Assembly (NCBI RefSeq): GCF_009914755.1
Contig: NC_060933.1
DNA from: the human T2T-CHM13v2.0 reference genome, Homo sapiens
DNA length: 64,000 bases
Direction: 5' to 3' (one strand)
Numbering within the stretch: the first letter of the stretch is position 1; each line of letters opens with the position of its first letter. The translations under genes were made by a program, and so were the position numbers. The notes beneath the pieces were generated by a model, which saw only the letters and a program-made list of their open reading frames with translations, had not been told where the DNA came from and did not search any database. Shown here piece after piece: positions 28,101-42,229 of this stretch.

Positions 28101-30430
28101 TCCATTCCATTCCATTTCATTCCATTCCATTCCTTTCCATTCCATTCCATTCCATTCCATTCCATTCCATTGCAATCGAGTTTATTCCATTCCATTCCTT
28201 TCCATTCCATTCCATTGCCTTGCATTCCACTCGGGTTGATTCCATTCCCTTCTTTCCACTCCATTACATTCCCTTCCATTCCACTCGGAATGATTGATTC
28301 CATTCCATTCCATTCCATTTCATTCCATTGCAATCCATTCCAATCCATTCCATTCCATTCCATTCCACTCGAGTTGATTTCATTCCATTCCTTTCCATTC
28401 CATTCCATTCCTTTCCACTCGAGTTGATTCCATTCCATTCCATTCCATTGCATTCCATTCCATGCCATTCCACTCGGGTTGATTCCATTCCATTCCAATG
28501 CATTCCATTCCATTCCATTCCATGGCATTCCATTCCATTCCTTTCCCCTGCACTCGGGTTGATTCCATTCCATTCCATTCCATTTAATTCCATTCCATTC
28601 CATTCCATTCCATTCCATTCCATTCCATTCCAATCCGTTCCATTCCATTCCATTCTATTCCATTGGAATCGACTTGATTCCATTCCATTCCATTCCATTC
28701 CATTCCATTCCATTCCATTCCATTCCATTCCATTTTGTTCCAATCCATTCTATTCCAAACCATTCCATTCCATTCCATTCCATTCCATTCCAGCCATTCC
28801 ACTCGGGTTGATTCCATTCCTTTCCATTCCATTCGGGTTGAATCCATTCCACTCCATTCCTTTCTATTCGAATCCATTCCATTGCACTCGGGTTGATTCC
28901 ATTCCATTCCATTCCATTCGATTCCATTCCATTCCATTCCATTCCGTTCGATTCCATTTCATTACATCCAGATTGATTCTATTCAATTCCCTTACACTCC
29001 ATTATATTCCAATCCATTCTGGTTGTTTCCATTCCATTCCATTCCATTTCACTCCATTCCATTGCACTCGGTTTGATTCCATTCCATTCCATTCCATTCC
29101 ATTCCGGATGATTCCATTCCATTGCATTCCATTCCATTCCATTCCCCTGCACTCAGGTTGATTCCATTCCATTCCATTCCACTCCATTCTGTTCCGTTCC
29201 ATTCCATTCTATTGCATTCCATTCTATTCGGGTTAATTCCATTCCATTCTATTCCATTCCATTCCATTCCATTCCATTGCAATTGAGTTGATTCCATTCC
29301 ATTCCATTCCATTCCGGATGATTTCATTCCATTGCATTCCATTCCATTCCATTCCCCTGCACTCGTGTTGATTCCATTACCTTCCATTCCATTCCATTCC
29401 GTTCCATTCCATTGCATTCCATTCTACTCCGGTTAACTCCATTCCATTCCATTCCATTCCATTCCATTCCATTCCATTGCAATCGAGTTGATTCCTTTCC
29501 ATTCCTTTCCATTCCATTCTATTGCCTTGCCTTCCAATCGGGTTGATTCCATTCCCTTCTTTCCACTCCATTACATTCCCTTCCATTCCACTCGGAATGA
29601 TTGATTCCATTCCATTCCATTCCATTTCATTCCGTTGCAATCCATTCCAATCTATTCCATTCCATTGCATTCCACTCGAGTTGATTTCATTCCATTCCTT
29701 TCCATTCCATTCCATTCCTTTCCACTCGAGTTGATTCCATTCCATTCCATTCCATTGCATTCCATTCCATGCCATTCCACTCGGGTTGATTCCATTCCTT
29801 TGCATTCCATTCCATTCCATTCCATTCCATTCCATTCCATTCCATTCCATTCCGTTCCATTCCATTCCATTCCATTCCATTCTATTCGGGTTAATTCCAT
29901 TCCATTCCATTCGATTGCAATCGTGTTGATTCCATTCCATTCCATTCCATTCCATTCCTTTCCATTCCATTACGGATGATTCCATTCCATTGCATTCCAT
30001 TCCATTCCATTCCCCTGTACTCGGGTTGATTCCATTCCATTGCATTCCAATCCATGCCCTTCCACTCGTGTTGATTCCATTCTTTCCATTCCATTCAAGT
30101 TGATCCCATTCCATTGTATTCCATTCCATTCGATTCCATTCGATTGCACTCGGGTTGATTCCATTCCATTGCATTCCATTCCATTCCATTCCATTCCATT
30201 CCATTCCATTCCGTTCCATTCCATTCCATTACATTCGGATTGATTCTATTCAATTCCCTTACACTCTGTTACATTCCATTCCATTCGGGTAGTTTCCATT
30301 CCATTCCTCTCCATTCCATTGCACTCGGGTTGATTCCATTCCATTGCATTCCATTCCATTCCATTCAATTCCATTCCGTTCCATTCCATTCCATTACATT
30401 CGGATTGACTCTATTCAACTCCCTTACTCT
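22110..30430. repeat. Near-identical tandem duplication, unit about 4,150-4,170 bp x2 (junction about 26,280-26,390)
   Basis: Matching ORF translations at offset 4160 (22908/27068, 23866/28026, 24168/28328) and offset 4150 (24852/29002, 25227/29377, 26090/30240). Only scattered substitutions and pentamer-count differences were seen. Confidence 0.93.
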
Positions 30431-30719
30431 CCATTACATTCCATTCCATTCGGGTTGTTCCATTCCATTCCATTCCATTCCACTCCATTCCATTGCACTC
30501 GGGTTGATTCCATTCCATTCCATTCCATTCCATTCCATTCCATTCCGGAAGATTCCATTCCATTGCATTCCATTCCATTCCATTCCCCTGCACTCGCGTT
30601 GATTCCATTCCATTCCATTCCATTCCATTCCATTCCATTCCTTTCCGTTCCATTCCATTCGATTCTATTCCATTCCATTCCATTCCGTTCCATTCCGTTC
30701 CGTTCCATTCCATTCCATT

Positions 30720-33700
30720 CCATTCTATTCGGGTTAATTCCATTCCATTCCATTCGATTGCAATCGAGTTGATTCCATTCCATTCCATTCCATTCCATTC
30801 CATTCCATTCCATTCCTTTCCATTCCATAACGTATGATTCCATTCCATTGCATTCCATTCCATTCCATTCCCCTGTACTCGGGTTGATTCCATTCCATTC
30901 CATTCCAATCCATGCCATTCCACTCGTGTTGATTCCATTCTTTCCATTCCATTCAAGTTGAATCCATTCCATTACATTCCATTCCATTCGATTCCATTCG
31001 ATTGCACTCGGGTTGATTCCATACCATTGCATTCCATTTCATTCCATTTCATTCCATTCCATTCCTTTCCATTCCATTCCATTCCATTCCATTCCATTGC
31101 AATCGAGTTTATTCCATTCCATTCCTTTCCATTCCATTCCATTGCCTTGCATTCCACTCGGGTTGATTCCATTCCCTTCTTTCCACTCCATTACATTCCC
31201 TTCCATTCCACTCGGAATGATTGATTCCATTCCATTCCATTCCATTTCATTCCATTGCAATCCATTCCAATCCATTCCATTCCATTCCATTCCACTCGAG
31301 TTGATTTCATTCCATTCCTTTCCATTCCATTCCTTTCCTTTCCACTCGAGTTGATTCCATTCCATTCCATTCCATTGCATTCCATTCCATGCCATTCCAC
31401 TCGGGTTGATTCCATTCCATTCCAATGCATTCCATTCCATTCCATTCCATGGCATTCCATTCCATTCCTTTCCCCTGCACTCGGGTTGATTCCATTCCAT
31501 TCCATTCCATTTAATTCCATTCCATTCCATTCCATTCCATTCCATTCCAATCCGTTCCATTCCATTCCATTCTATTCCATTGGAATCGACTTGATTCCAT
31601 TCCATTCCATTCCATTCCATTCCATTGCATTCCATTCCATTTTGTTCCAATCCATTCTATTCCAAACCATTCCATTCCATTCCATTCCATTCCATTCCAG
31701 CCATTCCACTCGGGTTGATTCCATTCCTTTCCATTCCATTCGGGTTGAATCCATTCCACTCCATTCCATTCTATTCGAATCCATTCCATTGCACTCGGGT
31801 TGATTCCATTCCATTCCATTCCATTCGATTCCATTCCATTCCATTCCATTCCGTTCGATTCCATTTCATTACATCCAGATTGATTCTATTCAATTCCCTT
31901 ACACTCCATTATATTCCAATTCATTCTGGTTGTTTCCATTCCATTCCATTCCATTTCACTACATTCCATTGCACTCGGTTTGATTCCATTCCATTCCATT
32001 CCATTCCATTCCGGATGATTCCATTCCATTGCATTCCATTCCATTCCATTCCCCTGCACTCAGGTTGATTCCATTCCATTCCATTCCACTCCATTCTGTT
32101 CCGTTCCATTCCATTCTATTGCATTCCATTCTATTCGGGTTAATTCCATTCCATTCTATTCCATTCCATTCCATTCCATTGCAATTGAGTTGATTCCATT
32201 CCATTCCATTCCATTCCGGATGATTCCATTCCATTGCATTCCATTCCATTCCATTCCCCTGCACTCGTGTTGATTCCATTACCTTCCATTCCATTCCATT
32301 CCGTTCCATTCCATTGCATTCCATTCTATTCCGGTTAACTCCATTCCATTCCATTCCATTCCATTCCATTCCATTCCATTGCAATCGAGTTGATTCCATT
32401 CCATTCCTTTCCATTCCATTCCATTGCCTTGCATTCCAATCGGGTTGATTCCATTCCCTTCTTTCCACTCCATTACATTCCCTTCCATTCCACTCGGAAT
32501 GATTGATTCCATTCCATTCCATTCCATTTCATTCCGTTGCAATCCATTCCAATCTATTCCATTCCATTCCATTCCACTCAAGTTGATTTCATTCCATTCC
32601 TTTCCATTCCATTCCATTCCTTTCCACTCGAGTTGATTCCATTCCATTCCATTCCATTGCATTCCATTCCATGCCATTCCACTCGGGTTGATTCCATTCC
32701 TTTGCATTCCATTCCATTCCATTCCATTCCATTCCATTCCATTCCATTCCGTTGCATTCCATTCCATTACATTCGGATTGATTCTATTCAACTCTCTTAC
32801 TCTCCATTACATTCCATTCCATTCGGGTTGTTCCATTCCATTCCATTCCATTCCACTCCATTCCATTGCTCTCGGGTTGATTCCATTCCATTCCATTCCA
32901 TTCCATTCCGGATGATTCCATTCCATTGCATTCCGTTCCATTACATTCCCCTGCACTCGCGTTGATTCCATTCCATTCCATTCCATTCCATTCAATTCCA
33001 TTCCATTACAATTCGTTCCATTCCATTCTATTCCGTACCATTCCATTCCATTCCATACCATTCCATTCCATTCCATTCCATTCCATTCCATTCCATTCCG
33101 TTCCATTCCGTTCCATTCCATTCCATTCCATTCTATTCGGGTTAATTCCATTCCATTCCATTCCATTCCATTCTATTCCATTCCATTGCAATCGAGTTGA
33201 ATCCATTGCATTTCATTCCATTCCATTCCATTCCATTCCATTCCATTCCGGAAGATTCCATTCCATTGCATTCCATTCCATTCCATTCCCCTGCACTCGC
33301 GTTGATTCCATTCCATTCCATTCCATTCCATTCCATTCCGTTCCGTTCCATTCCGTTCCGTTCCATTCCATTCCATTCCATTCCGTTCCGTTCCATTCCA
33401 TTCCATTCCATTCCATTCCATTCTATTCGGGTTAATTCCATTCCATTCCATTCGATTGCAATCGTGTTGATTCCATTCCATTCAATTCCATTCCATTCCA
33501 TTCCATTCCATTCCATTCCTTTCCATTCCATTACGGATGATTCCATTCCATTGCATTCCATTCCATTCCATTCCCCTGTACTCGGGTTGATTCCATTGCA
33601 TTGCATTCCAATCCATTCCCTTCCACTCGTGTTGATTCCATTCTTTCCATTCCATTCAAGTTGAATCCATTCCATTGCATTCCATTCCATTCGATTCCAT

Positions 33701-36700
33701 TCGATTGCACTCGGGTTGATTCCATTCCATTGCATTCCATTCCATTCCATTCCATTCCATTCCATTCCATTCCATTCCATTCCGTTCCATTCCATTCAAT
33801 TACATTCGGATTGATTCTATTCAATTCCGTTACACTCCATTACATTCCATTCCATTCGGGTACTTTCCATTCCATTCCATTCCATTCCTCTCCATTCCAT
33901 TGCACTCGGGTTGATTCCATTCCATTGCATCCCATTACATTCCATTCAATTCCATTCCGTTCCATTCCATTCCATTACATTCGGATTGATTCTATTCAAC
34001 TCCCTTAGTCTCCATTAAATTCCATTCCATTCGGGCTGTTCCATTCCATTCCATTCCATTCCACTCCATTCCATTGCACTCGGGTTTATTCCATTCCATT
34101 CCATTCCATTCCATTCCATTCCATTCCATTCCGGAAGATTCCATTCCATTGCATTCCATTCCATTCCATTCCCCTGCACTCGCGTTGATTCCATTCCATT
34201 CCATTCCATTCCATTGCATTCCATTCCATTCCTTTCCGTTCCATTCCATTCCATTCCATTCCATTCCATTCCATTCCGTTCCGTTCCGTTCCGTTCCACT
34301 CCATTCCATTCCATTCTATTCGGGTTAATTCCATTCCATTCCATTCGATTGCAATCGAGTTGATTCCATTCCATTCCATTCCATTCCATTCCATTCCATT
34401 CCATTCCTTTCCATTCCATAACGTATGATTCCATTCCATTGCATTCCATTCCATTCCATTCCCCTGTACTCGGGTTGATTCCATTCCATTCCATTCCAAT
34501 CCATGCCATTCCACTCGTGTTGATTCCATTCTTTCCATTCCATTCAAGTTGAATCCATTCCATTACATTCCATTCCATTCGATTCCATTCGATTGCACTC
34601 GGGTTGATTCCATACCATTGCATTCCATTTCATTCCATTTCATTCCATTCCATTCCTTTCCATTCCATTCCATTCCATTCCATTCCATTGCAATCGAGTT
34701 TATTCCATTCCATTCCTTTCCATTCCATTCCATTGCCTTGCATTCCACTCGGGTTGATTCCATTCCCTTCTTTCCACTCCATTACATTCCCTTCCATTCC
34801 ACTCGGAATGATTGATTCCATTCCATTCCATTCCATTTCATTCCATTGCAATCCATTCCAATCCATTCCATTCCATTCCATTCCACTCGAGTTGATTTCA
34901 TTCCATTCCTTTCCATTCCATTCCTTTCCTTTCCACTCGAGTTGATTCCATTCCATTCCATTCCATTGCATTCCATTCCATGCCATTCCACTCGGGTTGA
35001 TTCCATTCCATTCCAATGCATTCCATTCCATTCCATTCCATGGCATTCCATTCCATTCCTTTCCCCTGCACTCGGGTTGATTCCATTCCATTCCATTCCA
35101 TTTAATTCCATTCCATTCCATTCCATTCCATTCCATTCCAATCCGTTCCATTCCATTCCATTCTATTCCATTGGAATCGACTTGATTCCATTCCATTCCA
35201 TTCCATTCCATTCCATTGCATTCCATTCCATTTTGTTCCAATCCATTCTATTCCAAACCATTCCATTCCATTCCATTCCATTCCATTCCAGCCATTCCAC
35301 TCGGGTTGATTCCATTCCTTTCCATTCCATTCGGGTTGAATCCATTCCACTCCATTCCATTCTATTCGAATCCATTCCATTGCACTCGGGTTGATTCCAT
35401 TCCATTCCATTCCATTCGATTCCATTCCATTCCATTCCATTCCGTTCGATTCCATTTCATTACATCCAGATTGATTCTATTCAATTCCCTTACACTCCAT
35501 TATATTCCAATTCATTCTGGTTGTTTCCATTCCATTCCATTCCATTTCACTCCATTCCATTGCACTCGGTTTGATTCCATTCCATTCCATTCCATTCCAT
35601 TCCGGATGATTCCATTCCATTGCATTCCATTCCATTCCATTCCCCTGCACTCAGGTTGATTCCATTCCATTCCATTCCACTCCATTCTGTTCCGTTCCAT
35701 TCCATTCTATTGCATTCCATTCTATTCGGGTTAATTCCATTCCATTCTATTCCATTCCATTCCATTCCATTGCAATTGAGTTGATTCCATTCCATTCCAT
35801 TCCATTCCGGATGATTCCATTCCATTGCATTCCATTCCATTCCATTCCCCTGCACTCGTGTTGATTCCATTACCTTCCATTCCATTCCATTCCGTTCCAT
35901 TCCATTGCATTCCATTCTATTCCGGTTAACTCCATTCCATTCCATTCCATTCCATTCCATTCCATTCCATTGCAATCGAGTTGATTCCATTCCATTCCTT
36001 TCCATTCCATTCCATTGCCTTGCATTCCAATCGGGTTGATTCCATTCCCTTCTTTCCACTCCATTACATTCCCTTCCATTCCACTCGGAATGATTGATTC
36101 CATTCCATTCCATTCCATTTCATTCCGTTGCAATCCATTCCAATCTATTCCATTCCATTCCATTCCACTCGAGTTGATTTCATTCCATTCCTTTCCATTC
36201 CATTCCATTCCTTTCCACTCGAGTTGATTCCATTCCATTCCATTCCATTGCATTCCATTCCATGCCATTCCACTCGGGTTGATTCCATTCCTTTGCATTC
36301 CATTCCATTCCATTCCATTCCATTCCATTCCATTCCATTCCATTCCGTTGCATTCCATTCCATTACATTCGGATTGATTCTATTCAACTCTCTTACTCTC
36401 CATTACATTCCATTCCATTCGGGTTGTTCCATTCCATTCCATTCCATTCCACTCCATTCCATTGCTCTCGGGTTGATTCCATTCCATTCCATTCCATTCC
36501 ATTCCGGATGATTCCATTCCATTGCATTCCGTTCCATTACATTCCCCTGCACTCGCGTTGATTCCATTCCATTCCATTCCATTCCATTCAATTCCATTCC
36601 ATTACAATTCGTTCCATTCCATTCTATTCCGTACCATTCCATTCCATTCCATACCATTCCATTCCATTCCATTCCATTCCATTCCATTCCATTCCATTCC

Positions 36701-37910
36701 GTTCCATTCCGTTCCATTCCATTCCATTCCATTCTATTCGGGTTAATTCCATTCCATTCCATTCCATTCCATTCTATTCCATTCCATTGCAATCGAGTTG
36801 AATCCATTGCATTTCATTCCATTCCATTCCATTCCATTCCATTCCATTCCGGAAGATTCCATTCCATTGCATTCCATTCCATTCCATTCCCCTGCACTCG
36901 CGTTGATTCCATTCCATTCCATTCCATTCCATTCCATTCCGTTCCGTTCCATTCCGTTCCGTTCCATTCCATTCCATTCCATTCCGTTCCGTTCCATTCC
37001 ATTCCATTCCATTCCATTCCATTCTATTCGGGTTAATTCCATTCCATTCCATTCGATTGCAATCGTGTTGATTCCATTCCATTCCATTCCATTCCATTCC
37101 ATTCCATTCCATTCCTTTCCATTCCATTACGGATGATTCCATTCCATTGCATTCCATTCCATTCCATTCCCCTGTACTCGGGTTGATTCCATTCCATTGC
37201 ATTCCAATCCATTCCCTTCCACTCGTGTTGATTCCATTCTTTCCATTCCATTCAAGTTGAATCCATTCCATTGCATTCCATTCCATTCGATTCCATTCGA
37301 TTGCACTCGGGTTGATTCCATTCCATTGCATTCCATTCCATTCCATTCCATTCCATTCCATTCCATTCCATTCCGTTCCATTCCATTCAATTACATTCGG
37401 ATTGATTCTATTCAATTCCGTTACACTCCATTACATTCCATTCCATTCGGGTACTTTCCATTCCATTCCATTCCATTCCTCTCCATTCCATTGCACTCGG
37501 GTTGATTCCATTCCATTGCATCCCATTACATTCCATTCAATTCCATTCCGTTCCATTCCATTCCATTACATTCGGATTGATTCTATTCAACTCCCTTAGT
37601 CTCCATTAAATTCCATTCCATTCGGGCTGTTCCATTCCATTCCATTCCATTCCACTCCATTCCATTGCACTCGGGTTTATTCCATTCCATTCCATTCCAT
37701 TCCATTCCATTCCATTCCATTCCGGAAGATTCCATTCCATTGCATTCCATTCCATTCCATTCCCCTGCACTCGCGTTGATTCCATTCCATTCCATTCCAT
37801 TCCATTGCATTCCATTCCATTCCTTTCCGTTCCATTCCATTCCATTCCATTCCATTCCATTCCATTCCGTTCCGTTCCGTTCCGTTCCACTCCATTCCAT
37901 TCCATTCTAT
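30720..37910. repeat. Near-identical tandem duplication, unit 3,591 bp x2 (junction about 34,310-34,400)
   Basis: Matching ORF translations at offset 3591 (30734/34325, 30958/34549, 32424/36015, 33992/37583, 34074/37665). Local offsets of 3596-3601 reflect pentamer gain and loss. Confidence 0.93.
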
Positions 37911-39860
37911 TCGGGTTAATTCCATTCCATTCCATTCGATTGCAATCGAGTTGATTCCATTCCATTCCATTCCATTCCATTCCTTTCCATTCCATTACGG
38001 ATGATTCCATTCCATTGCATTCCATTCCATTCCATTCCCCTGTACTCGGGTTCATTCCATTCCATTCCATTCCAATCCATGCCATTCCACTCGTGTTGAT
38101 TCCATTCTTTCCATTCCATTCAAGTTGAATCCATTCCATTGCATTCCATTCCATTCCATTCCCCTGCAGTCGGGTTGATTCCATTCCATTCCATTCCATT
38201 CCATTCCATTCCATTCCGTTCCGTTCCATTCCATTACATTCCATTCTATTCGGGTTAATTCCATTCCATTCCATTCCATTCCATTCCATTCCATTCCATT
38301 CCAATCGAGTTGATTCCATTCCATTCCATTCCATTCCATTCCATTCCACTCCATTCCAGTCCTTTCCATTCCATTCCACTCTGGTTGATTCCAATGTATT
38401 CCTTTCCATTCCATTCCATTCCATTGCAATCGAGTTGATTCCATTGCTTTGCATTCCATTCCATTCCATTCCATTCCGGATGATTCCATTCCATTGCATT
38501 CCATTCCATTCCATTCCCCTGCACTCGGGTTGATTCCATTCCATTCCACTCCATTCCGTTCCATTCCATTCCATTCCATTTTATTCGGGTTAATTCCATT
38601 CCATTCCATTCCATTCCATTCAATTCCATTACAATCGAGTTGATTCCATTCCATTCCATTCCAGTCCAGTCCTTTCCATTCCATTCCACTCGGGTTGATT
38701 CCATTCTATTAGTTTCCATTCCATTCCATTCCCTTCCATTCCACTCTGGTTGATTCCATTCCTTTCCATTCCACTCGAATACATTCCCTCCTATTCCACT
38801 CGGAACGATTCCATTCCATTCCATTCCATTCCATTCCATTCCATTCCACTCGTGTTGATTCCATTCCTTTCCATTCCATTCGGTTTGAAGGCATTCCATT
38901 CCATTCCATTCCATTCCATTCCATTCCATTCCATTGTACTCTGGTTGATTGCATTCCATTGCATTGCATTCCATTCCATTCCGTTGCATTCCATTCCATT
39001 ACATTCGGATTGATTCTATTCAACTCCCTTACATTCCATTACATTCCATTCCATTCGGGTTGTTCCATTCCATTCCATTCCATTCCACTCCATTCCATTG
39101 CACTCGTGTTGATTCCATTCCATTCCATTCCATTCCATTCCGGATGATTCCATTCCATTGCATTCCGTTCCATTACATTCCCCTGCACTCGCGTTGATTC
39201 CATTCCATTCCATTCCATTCCATTCCATTCAATTCCATTCCATTACAATTCGTTCCATTCCATTCTATTCCGTACCATTCCATTCCATTCCATACCATTC
39301 CATTCCATTCCATTCCATTCCATTCCATTCCGTTCCATTCTGTTCCATTCCATTCCATTCCATTCTATTCGGGTTAATCCCATTCCATTCCATTCCTTTC
39401 CATTCTATTCCATTCCATTGCAATCGAGTTGAATCCATTGCATTTCATTCCATTCCATTCCATTCCATTCCGGAAGATTCCATTCCATTGCATTCCATTC
39501 CATGCCATTCCCCTGCACTCGCGTTGATTCCATTCCATTCCATTCCATTCCATTCCGTTCCGTTCCATTCCACTCCATTCCATTCCATTCCATTCCTTTC
39601 CTTTCCATTCCATTCCATTCCATTCGATTGCAATCGAGTTGATTCCATTCCATTGCATTCCATTCCATTCGATTCCATTCGATTGCACTCGGGTTGATTC
39701 CATTCCTTTGCATTCCATTCCATTCCATTCCAATCCATTCCATTCCATTCCATTCCGTTCCATTCCTTTCCATTACATTCGGATTGATTCTATTCAATTC
39801 CCTTACACTCCATTACATTCCATTCCATTCGGGTAGTTTCCACTCCATTCCATTCCATTC

Positions 39861-40020
39861 CTCTCCATTCCATTGCACTCGGGTTGATTCCATTCCATTG
39901 CATTCCATTCCATTCCATTCAATTACATTCCATTCCATTCCTCTCCATTCCATTGCACTTGGGTTGATTCCATTCCATTGCATTCCATTCCATTCCATTC
40001 AATTACATTCCGTTCCATTC
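39861..40020. repeat. 80-bp tandem duplication (2 copies)
   Basis: CTCTCCATTCCATTGCACT(C/T)GGGTTG...CAATTACATTC at 39861 and 39941. Confidence 0.88.
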
Positions 40021-42229
40021 CATTCCATTACATTCGGATTGATTCTATTCAACTCCCTTACTCTCCATTACATTCCATTCCATTCGGGTTGTTCCATTCC
40101 ATTCCATTCCATTCCACTCCATTCCATTGCACTCTGGTTTATTCCATTCCATTCCATTCCATTCCATTCCATTCCGGAAGATTCCATTCCATTGCATTCC
40201 ATTACATTCCATTCCCCTGCACTCGCGTTGATTCCATTCCATTCCATTCCATTCCATTCCATTCCATTCCATTCCATTCCATTCCGTTCCGTTCCGTCCC
40301 ATTCCATTCCATTCCATTCTATTCGGGTTAATTCCATTCCATTCCATTCTATTGCAATCGTGTTGATTCCATTCCATTCCATTCCATTCCATTCCATTCC
40401 ATTCCTTTCCATTCCATTACGGATGATTCCATTCCATTGCATTGCATTCCATTCCATTCCCCTGTACTAGGGTTGATTCCATTCCATTGCATTCCAATCC
40501 ATGCCCTTCCACTCGTGTTGATTCCATTCTTTCCATTCCATTCAAGTTGAATCCATTCCATTGCATTCCATTCCATTCGATTCCATTCGATTGCACTCGG
40601 GTTGATTCCATTCCATTGCATTCCATTCCATTCAATTCAATTCCATTCCATTCCATTCCGTTCCATTCCGTTCCATTACATTCGGATTGATTCTATTCAA
40701 TTCCCTTACACTCCATTACATTCCATTCCATTCGGGTAGTTTACATTCCATTCCATTCCATTCCCCTCCATTCCATTGCACTCGGGTTGATTCCATTCCA
40801 TTGTATTCCATTCCATTCCATTCAATTCCATTCCGTTCCATTCCATTCCATTACTTTCGGATTGATTCTGTTCAACTCCCTTACTCTCCGTTACATTCCA
40901 TTCCATTCGGGTTGTTCCATTCCATTCCATTCCATTCCACTCCATTCCATTGCACTCGGGTTTATTCCATTCCATTCCATTCCATTCCATTCCATTCCGG
41001 AAGATTCCATTCCATTGCATTCCATTCCATTCCATTCCCCTGCACTCGCGTTGATTCCATTGCATTCCATTCCATTCCATTCCATTCCATTCCATTCCAT
41101 TCCTTTCCGTTCCATTCCATTCCATTTCATTCCATTCCATTCCGTTCCGTTCCGTTCCGTTCCGTTCCGTTCCATTCCATTCCATTCCATTCTATTCAGG
41201 TTAATTCCATTCCATTCCATTCGACTGAAATAGAGTTGATTCCATTGCATTCTATTCCATTCCATTCCATTCCATTCCATTCCATTCCATTCCTTTCCAT
41301 TCCATTACGGATGATTCCATTCCATTGCATTCCATTCCAATCCATTCCCCTGTACTCGGGTTGATTCCATTCCATTCCATTCCAATCCATGCCATTCCAC
41401 TCGTGTTGATTCCATTTTTTCCATTCCATTCAAGTTGAATCCATTCCATTGCATTCCATTCCATTCCGTTCCCCTGCAGTCGGGTTGATTCCATTCCATT
41501 CCATTCCATTCCTTTCCATTCCATTCCATTCCGTTCCGTTCCGTTCCATTCCATTCCATTCCATTCCATTCTATTCGGGTTAATTCCATTCCATTCCATT
41601 CCATTCCATTCCATTCCATTCCATTCCAATCGAGTTGATTCCATTCCATTCCATTCCATTCCATTCCACTCCATTCCAGTCCTTTCCATTCCATTCCACT
41701 CGGGTTGATTCCAATGTATTCCTTTCCATTCCATTCCATTCCATTGCAATCAAGTTGATTCCATTGCTTTGCATTCCATTCCATTCCATTCCATTCCGGA
41801 TGATTCCATTCCATTGCATTCCATTCCATTCCATTCCCCTGCACTCGGGTTGATTCCATTCTATTCCATTCCGTTCCATTCCATTCCATTCCATTCCATT
41901 CTATTCGGGTTAATTCCATTTCATTCCATTCGATTGCAATCGTGTTGATTCCATTCCATTCCATTCCATTCCATTCCAATCCTTTCCATTCCATTACGTA
42001 TGATTCCATTCCATTGCATTCCATTCCATTCCATTCCCCTGTACTCGGGTTGATTCCATTCCATTGCATTCCAATCCATGCCCTTCCACTCGTGTTGATT
42101 CCATTCTTTCCATTCCATTCAATTTGAATCCATTCCATTGCATTCCATTCCATTTGATTCCATTCGATTGCACTCGGGTTGATTCCATTCCATTGCATTC
42201 CATTCCATTCCATTCCATTCCATTCCATT

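Noticed and set aside
30720-37910. The 3.59-kb period resembles the roughly 3.6-kb DYZ1 unit of Yq12
   Set aside because: There are only two copies, next to units of other lengths, and the unit is a local recombinant. The modules look like chr9-type SatIII, so the size match is treated as coincidence.
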